Positions 53,309 to 64,000 of a stretch of DNA of 64,000 nt are shown here, one piece after another. Position numbers and translations under genes: made by a program. Numbering within the stretch: position 1 is the stretch's first letter; every line of letters starts with the position of its first letter. The stretch is taken from positions 1-64,000 of the forward strand of contig NW_021834194.1 of assembly GCF_006345805.1 (NCBI RefSeq). Reading direction: 5' to 3'. The notes under the pieces are model-generated. The model made no database searches and was not told the origin of the DNA. It saw only the letters and a list, made by a program, of their open reading frames with translations. The stretch is from Octopus sinensis (Eukaryota).

Positions 53309-55470
53309 AGTGAATCTGTAAAGAAATATAAAGAAAACATTTAGCTTTGTGAAAATATTAAAGTTTCAGGGAGATGATGTTTGCTTCATCATTTGAAAAA
53401 CACAAACAAAACATTTATGTATTTCTGTCAGTGAATTAATCTTGTCTAATTAATATTTAAACAACTTATTACAATCTATTCTAAGATGTATTAATAAGTT
53501 TCATTAATTACATGGAGTCGAAATATTAGAAATAATTATTTTCACTGGAAATGATATTTGCTCTCAACATCACAAAGTAATAGTCATTTATTTAACGATA
53601 ATTAATCAAAGAGATTCCCCTGCTCCAAAAGCACTCAATAACGAGACAAACTAAGCTGTAGAGAAAATTAACTTTAATTGGTATACATGTGATATTATGT
53701 CCCAACACACAGCAATCATGTTCAAACTTCGTTAACATGGAACAATTAGCAAAACATAGACTTAATTATGTTTCATAGACATTTGTCAGATACAAGACAG
53801 ACTGAACATTTTGCTAGTTAGATGGAATATAAGTATTACTAATGATTATATGTACTGGAAATGATGGGACAGTCATGGTTGGCTCGGTTTCCATCATATT
53901 TACTTGGATTCACAGATACCAATAAAGCTGGAGATGAAACTGTTCTTAACCTGACAAATGCTGTAAATCTCTCAACATTTCAATATAATCCACACAATTA
54001 TCATACACAACATTGATTAAACTGGGAAAGCTTATCCAAAGATGGGCTTTCATATAATCACACTGATAGACAGCATGTTGAGAGGATCGTTATTATTTGT
54101 TGATGATTGAGATAATAAAGATTGGTTAATGAATAAACCCAATTAAATGAAAGGTAGGTTCATCTTAATTATCTTTAATTTCAGGGACAATGTTTGGGTA
54201 GCAATGAGAAAGATGTTTTTGTATGAAAAAGGGGTTTGGCAGATGAAGTGTGTTTTATTTTGTGTTAGGTGAGGAGTTATAACTTGGTGTAGTTTATTAT
54301 GAAGTATTGGGGGTTTAATGAGGTGGATTAGGAAATATTGGTGGGGGTGTTTAATGACATTCTGGTGATCCATCATCATCAGAATGATCCTCCACCTCCC
54401 CCTTGGTCTATAAAATAATGACTGTTACTCTATTGACCCCAGGAGGAATGACAAGTAAAAGAGACCTTCTTCAGGATGTCAGCTCTTTGAATATACATGG
54501 ACTAAACAACAACATATTTTTGGGAAAAGCTGGATAAGGCTATGTTGTTGTTATTGCTGTTGTTGTTGACAACAAAGTTTATAAAGAGAAAACCAGATAA
54601 TTGCAAATATTTGAACTGTAAAATTAAATTGGAATGAATGTTTATGTTTCACTTGTGCCATTCTACTTGGTTTATTTCGGGGAAGAAAAACCTACAAAAC
54701 CCCTCATAATAATTATATTAGACTTTAATCTAATTGTGTATGTATTTATATACACATACATATACATATATGATAGAATGAATGTGTATAATATATACAC
54801 AAAGAAAGATGCACATGTATATTTATACATCCATACGTCTGTATGTATGTATGATCATCATTTTACCCCCACTTTCCATGCTGGAATGGGTTGGATGGTT
54901 CAAAGAATATCTTGCCTGAAGTTACATTTTCTGGTTTTCTTTCTACAGCTGAATGCTCTTCCTGACACCAACCACTGCACAATGTGCACTGGCTGCATCT
55001 TATGGCACTGTCACTAGAGACGATTGCCATGTCCTTGACAAAACTAAAGGTTCCCCTCAATCTCTGGGTTTCACATATACCTTGGGATGGGTGTGATATC
55101 TAGGGTAATAAATATATGAAAAAGAGTGGCTGAGTGTTGGGGAGAGTCTCAGGTAGGTCCAGTAACATCCCTAGTTTCATTGGAAGAATGGTGAAGAGAA
55201 GAGATTTACTGCCAATCTTTGTCACAGCAGTACGATATTAGAGTAAAAAGAAGAGAGAGTGATTGAGAGATGAAAGATAGAGGTAGGGGTGATAGTGGCG
55301 TGACAGTAGGGACTCAAGGTTTGAGAGTTGACACTCATCAAACCGGTTTTTGGAGGTCTGGGAATATACCTCCAAAGAACAAGTTTGATAAATGCTAATA
55401 AATGAAACTTTCGGATCTTAGGTCACTTTGTTACTTCTGCTAGATATTAATATATATATATATATATATA

Positions 55471-55895
55471 GAATCGAAGGGCCTTAGAGTCAACCTAACT
55501 AAAACCAAAGTCCTAATAAGTAGAAAGGCAGGCAAACCACAAATCCCTTCAGGTAGATGGCCCTGCTCGATCTGTAGTAGAAGCGTAGGTAAAAACTCTA
55601 TAAGATGTACCCAGTGTAAGCTATGGACACATAAGAGGTGCAGTAATATCAAAGGAAGGCTAATGGGGAAGATAGTTTTTGTATGTGGCAGATGCTCAGG
55701 AGCAATAATCACTGAAAATGCGCAGAGAACAACTTCCGCCACATTCCAAGGAGGAAAACTAGTAGTTGCTAGCTTCCGTGACTTAGTTGACCAAGTCAGT
55801 AGTGGGGGAGGGTGCGCTGAAAGTGTAACTGCTAGAATAAGAATAGCTTGAGCAAAGTTCAGAGAGCTCTTACCGCTGCTGGTGACAAAGGGCCT
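55471..55895 (+). mobile_element. RTE-type LINE fragment with a Cys-rich insert
   Basis: ESKGLRVNLTKTKVL...WPCSIC...VGKNSIRCTQCKLWTHKRCS...GGGCAESVTARIRIA*AKFRELLPLL. Confidence 0.8.
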
Positions 55896-56214
55896 CTTTG
55901 AACTCAGAATGTAAAATGGACAAAATGCCGCTCAACATTTTGCTTTGCATCCTCACAATTCTGCCAGCTTGTCACAGTAATAATAATAATAATAATGATA
56001 ATGATCATGATAATAATGATGATGATAATAATAATAATAATAATAATAATACTTTCTTGCTATAGGCACAAGGCCTGAAATTTGGGGTGAGGGGACTAGT
56101 AAATTACATTTCCTCCAGTGCATAGCTGGTACTTATTGAATCGACCCCAAAAGGATGAAAGGCAAAGTTGACCTTGGTGGAATTTGAACTCAGAATGTAG
56201 TGGCAGATGAGTCA

Positions 56215-56248
<34 letters not shown>

Positions 56249-56404
56249 GGCTTCAAATTTTAACAGAAGGCCAGCAAGTTCTGGAGAGCAGGTAAATTGA
56301 TTACATTGATCCCAGAACTCAAAAGGTACTTATTTTATTGACCCCGAAAGAAGGAGGGTTGATGTCGGCAAAATTTGAACTCAGAACGTAAAGGCAAACA
56401 AATG

Positions 56405-57745
56405 GCATCCAGCCATCACAATTTGGATTTATTTATAATTCCAGCTGCTGTAATCAACTCATCGAGTTTCTTGAGGATGTTACCCAAATCACTGATTGCG
56501 GATCCTGGGTGGATGTTGTTTACCTGGACTTTGCTAAGGCTTTTAACTCTGTGCCACACAAAAGACTTACGGTGAAGCTCTCTGCGTTGGGCGTAAGAGA
56601 TGAACTCTATAAATAGCTGAAGTCCTTTATTTTCGGCCAAAAAGAGGTTGTCACAGTTCTAGGACAGCACTCTTCACCCTATGAGATGACATCTGGTGTA
56701 CCACAGGGATCTGTTCTTGGCCCCCTTTTATTTGTTGCATATGTTAATGACATAGATGCCAACTTAAAAAAATGCCACAGTGCTGAAATATGCAGATGAC
56801 ATCAAGCTGTACCTCGAAATAAAGAGGTCAGAACCTGTACACTATAGATCTCTATTGTAAGCAGACCTGGACACAATGCAGCAGTGGATCATGGACAGCA
56901 ACTCAAGCTGGCTGTGGACAAATGTACCACCATGCATTTTGGGAGGAGAAACCCAGCGTCCACCTACTCCTTCCACAACACTAATCTCAAAAAGTCTTCA
57001 TGTGAACGTGACCTGAGTGTTATTGTCGACAGTGATTTGCGTTGGACAAAACACATCGCTAAAATTGTCAAGAAGGCTGAGGGTGTCTTGGCATCACTCA
57101 CCAAATCCTTTGTGAGCCGCTCTCCGACTATCTATCTGCGGCTTTATATAGCTATGGTAAGACCTCACCTGGAATTTGCATCACCGGTCTGGAACCCTTA
57201 TTTTGCCCAGGATATCAATCGTCTGGAAGCCGTTCAGCGATGTGCAACCAAAAGAATACCCTCCATCAGGCATTTGCCATATTCTGAACACCTTACTTCC
57301 CTGGGCATGGACACATTGAAACTCCGACGTCTGGCAGCTGACTTGGCAGACACCCATAAAATTATCAACCATCTTACAAACAATAACTCTGAGCACCTTT
57401 TCAAACTCCACCCATCTAACACCCGTGGACATATTTACAAAGTCAGAAAACAGCACAGCTCCCATGACTTTCGGAAACATTTTTTCATGCTGAGAGTTGC
57501 TGAAGCATGGAACAAACTGCCGGCATCAGTTGTTAGCTGTCGGAGCACTGCATCCTTCAGAACTTCCATGCTTTCTGAGATTCACCAACACTACACCTGA
57601 TTTTCTCCTCTCCATACACACACAAGCATGTATCTAACTCATGCATTGTTCGCTTTCCAGACATTTGTACATTACTGCATATATTTTATACGCACTTTCT
57701 GACAAGTTGTGGTGCACCTGAGCACTGTGTACAATAATTTCATTA
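56405..57745 (+). mobile_element. CR1-like LINE RT and 3' end
   Basis: VDVVYLDFAKAFNSVPH, GVPQGSVLGPLLF, YADDIK and VRPHLEFASPVWNP. Confidence 0.92.
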
Positions 57746-58329
57746 TTATTATTATCATTATTATTATTATTATTGAGTGAGAGAGCAGTTCATGCCATCA
57801 AAGTGACACTGGGGTAAAATATACGAAGCCCAATATACCCATCATGACTACCCGTCTGATAAAGGTACACCAGGCACATGCATCACAACCATATGTGCGC
57901 GACATGGTGATCTCATATCAAGATAAACAGCACATGACCTTGCAGGTGGGGCCCAGTTAGAATTTTCTTCAGGTTGAGTAGCCCATCCCGCTCAAACGGT
58001 CCCTGAATAAGGGTTGTTTAAGGATGTTGAAAGAACTACCCATGTTTCCAGAGGTGAACTATTCAAACCCCAAAGAATCCCTCTCAACACATGGCTATGA
58101 TGCTCCCCCACTACTTCTGCTCGTGATCAGAGATGCACATATCGTCAGCCACTAAGGGACATGCTCAACTGGTTATGGTCAAACAACTGACAAGCAAATC
58201 TGTGGTATTGAGCAGAATATTTGCTGTAGCCCATCTTTTATACCAAGACAAAACAATGTACATGATAACACTTCCAATCAGTTAAGATCAGAAGCCATGA
58301 GAGCCACTGCCTGGTACTGCATCAGGGCA

Positions 58330-58374
<45 letters not shown>

Positions 58375-59945
58375 AAAATTATTTTAATATTTCATCTTTA
58401 TAAATTGTATTCTGACATTATAAAAGTTAAACATCCTATTAAATTTTAAAAGATTATAATTTTGATATATTTTTGTAAATTACATTTAAATATTGTATTT
58501 GAAGGAATAGTCTATGTTATAATTTGGTAAATATAGAAATATTCTTGGAGATTTCTGTGGAATTATCAGCTTGGTTGAGAAATAGAATAGTGACGGCTTT
58601 TTTTTTTTAAATTGTATATTTGTGGATGAGAAAGACATGAATAATATTTGAAGAGAGGGTGTGTCATTTATAGAGATAGGTAAACAGACTAAATGGTGGT
58701 GGTCGTGGTGGTAGAAAGAATTCAAGTTATGTATGTAATGTGTGGCTGATGTGTTTTACTCCTTTAGTTATTGAAACACGGCCATGCTGGAGCATTGCCT
58801 TGATGCATTTAACTGATCGTATTAGCACCGGTATTTCTTTTTCAGTCCGGTACATATTTTAACTGAATCTATTTGTGGATCAGCTAGGTTAGGAAATGAA
58901 GTTGAAATTTTAATTAAACAGTAAGTACTAATGATTAAATGATGGAAAGAATATATATATATATAAAGTGAGAGAGAGATACACACTTGTATACATACAT
59001 ATATACGCACACTCTTCACATTTGTGCTAATTTCCTCCTACCATTTTATAAACTATAAAAGATGTGTCCAGGATTTCAAATACTTTTACAAGAAAAGAAA
59101 GTTCATATTTTTTTGAACACTTTCAAAAATATCTTATGAATTTTAAAGAGAGAAAATGTAAATTATATTTAATGACAAAAAGTTTTAGATTTTATGTTTC
59201 ATGGAAAATTCAAAATTTCTAAATCAATTTTACAGAAATTTAAGATAAGAAATCAAATAGGTACGTAACTGTGTCTTTATTTTTGTCCCACTAACATTGC
59301 TTGATAACCGATGCTGGTGTGTTTACATCCCTGTAACTTAAAAGTTCAGCAAAAGACACCAATAGAATAAGTACTAAGCTTACAAAGAATAAGTCCTGGG
59401 GTCAATTTGTTTGACTAAAGGTGGTACTCCAGTATGGCCACAGTCAAATGACTGAAACAAGTACAAGAATAAAAGAATACATATATATACATATATACAC
59501 GTACACTATATCAACACACACACATGGATATAATATATACATGTTTATGTAAAAGGGAAATAAAATGTTGAAGTTGATATTTAAAAGGAGACAGGGAATG
59601 AGAGAAAGAGAGAGAGATGAAAGTAAAAGAAGAGAAGGACATATGAAGGATATAAAATAGGAGAGGGGGCGGGGTTGTTATCATTATTATTAATTACTAT
59701 TGGGTGGTGAGCTGGCAGAATTGTTAGCATGCCGGGCAAAATGCTAGGCAACTATCTAACAATTTATCAACTGTCTACTGACACGATTTTCCTGATAAAG
59801 AAGATAACAATTGTTTGTTTTCGGATTTTATAAATCTTTGTTACTGATCAATCCTCTTATCTAACTAGTTTACTGCCTCATTCAAGAAATACTTACTGCT
59901 ACATCAATAACTACTTGAAACTGTTCACATCACACCAAATAAGGA

Positions 59946-60447
59946 ATGGACACCTACCGCAAGATATTTTTCCTCTTTGTCATATTCATGGTAATATGCA
60001 TTTCTTTTTATATTTCTCAATTTGAATATAATCTCAAGAAACTACAAGACATTTGGAATTGGACTTCAACAACTAAGCAGTATGTTTCCTACACAAGGAA
60101 TACCTCTCGATTGTTTCCAGGTAATCAGCCTGAAAACGATCGTATCGAAGCTCAAATGAAATATGTCCTACCAGGAGAAGAAAGATGGGAAAATTATGAA
60201 CGGAATAGGCACCAAAATCAGTCAGATTCTGATCGAAATGTAAAGTTAAAGCCAAATAGACCAAAGTTTAAAACGTTGTTAATATACAGTTTAAGATATC
60301 TGCAACCATTGAAGGAAAATCAAACGAGTTTCCTGGAATATAAATGTCCAGTTAATGAATGTTTAGTCACAAACAACAAAGCAATGCAAAATAGTGTAGA
60401 TGCTATTTTCTTTTATGAGACAGTGGGACTATCACAGAAACCAACCC
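59946..60447 (+). pseudogene. Truncated inverted paralogue of fucosyltransferase exon 1 (about the first 167 codons), read through into antisense LINE sequence
   Basis: MDTYRKIF...GLSQKP is near-identical to 37045-36547, and homology extends upstream (59754 vs 37236). After ~60447 the sequence is a reverse-strand CR1-like RT. The catalytic motifs are absent. Confidence 0.85.
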
Positions 60448-60755
60448 ACGAAAATAAAGGACTTCAACCAGTTATAGAGTTCATCTCTTACGCCCAATGC
60501 AGAGAGCTTCACCATAAGTCTTTTGTGTGGCACAGAGTTAAAAGCCTTAGCAAAGTCCGGGTAAACAACATCCACCTAGGATCCGCGATCAGTGATTTGG
60601 GTAACGTTCTCAAGAAACTCGATTGAGTTAGAAATAAATCCAAATTGTGATGGCTGGATGAGGCTGTGAGACTTCCAGAAGTTCCAGAGGGTTTCCCTGA
60701 TACAGGATTCCATCAGCTTGGCGATGCAGCTAGTAAGACTAACAGGTTCATTATA
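60447..60755 (-). mobile_element. Internal fragment of the same CR1-like LINE family
   Basis: PVSLTSCIAKLMES...QFGF...FAKAFNSVPHKRL is near-identical to 56405-56640 in inverted orientation. Confidence 0.88.
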
Positions 60756-63700
60756 TTTGAAATGTAACAAATATATTTGTTTAAAATAAATGAAAATTAT
60801 GGCTTCTGTTGATGAAAGTTAATTCTTATCTAGTCACCCTATGGTCAGACATTCTAGCCATGACCTCACCAATGTGTTATCTAATATGTTTTTAAGGGCA
60901 TTTTTAGGACTTTATTGTTGGTTTGTAATACATTTTATAATAAATGCAGACAACGTGAAATAATTCTCAGAAGCCATCCATCTGATAAATAATATCGAAG
61001 ATGGTGAGAAAACATATTTAATGCATTGTACATTAAAATGTTGATGTAGGATAAAGATGTACTGAGAGAGAAAATATATGTTGTCACCAAATAGTTTAAT
61101 ATTTAAACAATTCTTCTTGTTTGCTTCAAGATATAAAATAGAAATGAAATTACCAGAACAATTCCATTTATACACAAAGTTTAATATTAAAATAAAAAAG
61201 CAGTTTAAAACATTTCATTGATTAAAAGAAGAAAAAGATCAATTAGTAGAGTCGTTAGGACATTGGACTTAATACCTTGTGGTATTTATTCTCTTTGTCT
61301 GCTGAGTTTAAATCCTGCCGAGAATAATTTTGATTGTTATCATGCAAGGGTCGATAATTAAAATGCCAGTCTGAGGTGGTGGTCTGATAGAATTAAATAT
61401 TTGACAAGATTTCTTGTAGTATTTAATGTGGTTCTTTATGATCTGAGTTCAAATCCTTTTGTTGCCTCCCTGGGTTGCAGACTTAATCTATCACCTTTTT
61501 CAACACCATCACCTGGCTCTTGAGCTGCTTTTCAGGAGAGGATTTCTCTATTGTATGCATTCATGTTAGGTCTCCTGTTTTGAGAATGTCTATCTTCCAT
61601 TCACCACTTTTGAAGACCCTGGAAATATAAAGGGCCATCGGCAGGGCCCTTCTTCCTTGCTAAGCTTTTAAAAAATTAAGTTTACAAAAAACTAACAATT
61701 AATTTAACAGCCATAGAATTGATTTACAAATTTCAAATTTCACCTGAGAATTAGAAATCCACTGTAAACTACCTAAAATTGTGTATTCTTAGATGAACAT
61801 ATCCGTTCCTTTAAGTTCCATCAAATAGTTTTGACATAGTTATAACCAAACTATACTTTATTTTATATTCTGGAAATGAAAATTTTTACTTGTAATGTAA
61901 CAGTGTAAAATCTTTGAAAAGTGTCTAGTCTTTAAAATACTACCTGAAAATAAAACAAATTCCAATATAAAAGTTTATGTTTGAAATAGTTCTAATGAAG
62001 TTTTAACGAAGTGTGTTAGTCAAATGTGCGTTAATTAAAATAATTCCCTGAATTACTTGTGTTGAGGGGTTCATTCCAGCCTGAAGTCTTTCTCTCTCAG
62101 AAATATCATGCAAGAGTCGCAATAATGTGTTTTTGTGCAGCACTTAAAGCTATATTTATAATCTACCAGGAAGAAGTTTCTAGATACCTGGTGGGTGTTA
62201 CCTTGTCATGGGTATGTATCTTGGTTTAAAAGTATGTGGCTGTTGTAGTGTATAGGTGTGTGTGTGTATATGTTGGTGTGTTGAATTATATGTTAGCCAG
62301 ATTACATCGACATGCCTATCTCAGATTACCACAGACTATGTGAATGACACCCTCTCCCCACCTCCTATCCAATTCTATATTCTTTCTTTCTCTCTTTACA
62401 CCATCTCCAACAATACCACCACCACCACCTCTCAATGTATTTCCATTCAAATGTTTCATGTTTCTGAACCAATCATATTCACTTATTTTGCCTTCTTTCT
62501 TTATATTGAAAAATTTTATCCTCAACATTTAAATTTGTATACATGCTTATATAGCTACACACACACACACACACACATATACATATATATATACATATAA
62601 ACATGTACCTACAAACACACCCATATACATACACACATACAGGCATACTTTTTTCCAATAAGTTGTAGTGACCCTAATATCGTATACAATAAGCTCATTA
62701 TAGTTATTATTATTATCATTATTAAGAATCGTTAGCATACTGGGCGAAATGCTTAGTGGTATTTCACTCATAGCTACGTTCCAAGTTCAAATTCCACCAA
62801 GGTCGTCTTTGGTTTCATCTGCCCAGGGTCAATAAAACAAGTAGCATTTGAGTACTGAGGCCGATGTAGTCAACCGTCCGCTTCCCTACGAAATGTCAGG
62901 CCTTGTGCCTTTAGAAGAAAGGACTATTATTTATGCAGTGAATGACTTCATCGTTAATGTGTCGGACATTGAACGAAGCAAGGTGGGAGAATGCTTTAGA
63001 GTAGCTAACCCTGCTAGAAATAACAGCCACATCTCCTTCTAGTCAGATTCTATTGTTATAGGAATGTATATATGTATGTATTGAGCCAATGACCGAGAGC
63101 TCTGTATGGCTGTTAAATCACGAGAATTCTCCTATTTTCATCTGAGCTTTGTGTACTAAAGATCTTTCAAGTTTGATATTTTCTAAATCCCTAAGGTCCA
63201 CACACTTGGCAACAATGGCTGCATCTCTTTTCATTTCTTGTGTTAGCATTTTATCTGCCATCAGGGATCTGAAAGAAACCTTAGAATTGGTTTGGAGAGA
63301 GTAATATACTGATGATTAAATGTCCTTAAATACACGACATGCACACTGTCCATATACATATATATCTATGTATGTGTGTCTATATCCGTGTATGTTACTC
63401 TGTGTGTGTATATATATCTCCGTATGTTACTGTATATAATATCAAATTATTCCTCACGATTTTTCATGTAAAATGTCTCAGTTTTCTACTGAAAGATATT
63501 CTATTTCAACAGACATTCTTTGTTGCAGAAAACAATACGTGGGAAAAACCAATGTATATATAATCCCTCACATTAATGTATATATGTGTGTGTATATAAA
63601 TGTAAGAATGTGTGTATGTAGGTCAGTAAACATGTCTATGTATGTATGCAGGGATGAGTATGTTCATGCATCTGCAGCTATATATATTAAGTATATGTAT

Positions 63701-63931
63701 GGACATATGTAGTAAGTATATATACAATGGTATGTATATATGTAAATATATGTGTATATATTAATAGTTATTGCCAAGCTAATATAGCAGTCTAGAAATA
63801 TAGGACGAATGCTGCCGTTGATTAGCTCCAAGAGGCCATCGCCTCTAGCTAGCTATGTGACACACGAACCTGTGTCCATTATAACCTTCGAACAGGGGAG
63901 GTCAGCCATTTCCCCTTGCTGGTCAGGCATT

Positions 63932-63970
63932 TGCAGACTAGTTTCAGAGTATTTGCCCCTTATCAGTGCA
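63932..63970 (-). ncRNA. Minimal type I hammerhead-like motif
   Basis: TGCA-CTGATAA-GGGG-CAAATA-CTCT-GAAAC-TA-GTC^TGCA. Stem III is the palindrome ACTAGT, the cleavage triplet is GUC, and the core has G8>A. Confidence 0.55.
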
Positions 63971-64000
63971 GAGCAGCCGAACCCAGCAGGCGTCGCTAGT

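Noticed and set aside
61513-61618. Possible minus-strand exon (TTTCCAG|...CAG|GTGATG)
   Set aside because: All three frames contain stops, the donor is weak, and there is no supporting homology.

Overview
Repeat-rich, AT-rich animal genomic DNA, most likely an octopus (inferred from the dense (AT)n/(AC)n microsatellites and tRNA-headed SINE families that resemble those known from Octopus). There is no prokaryotic operon or CRISPR array. One apparently intact gene is present: a two-exon, minus-strand GT10 alpha-1,3-fucosyltransferase (37045-36102 joined to 27102-26781, 421 aa, 9-kb intron). An inverted, truncated paralogue of it at about 59.9 kb is fused to an antisense LINE fragment. A 2.7-kb block encoding a frameshifted coiled-coil/beta-propeller-like ORF occurs twice, 34.7 kb apart. 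The rest is mostly TE debris: CR1-like and RTE LINEs, Penelope-like elements (PLEs), mariner, a Helitron, piggyBac-like and hairpin MITE-like elements, SINEs and minisatellites. The least obvious signal is a set of hammerhead-ribozyme (HHR)-like motifs from about five or six unrelated repeat families. These include three copies of a variant with a 92-nt structured stem-II insertion. Several sit in head-to-head fold-back or inverted structures (a 3-kb and a 1.1-kb palindrome, a twin-priming-like inversion, short fold-backs), consistent with PLE termini. All alignments and folds were done by eye, no ribozyme activity is shown, and some coordinates are approximate.
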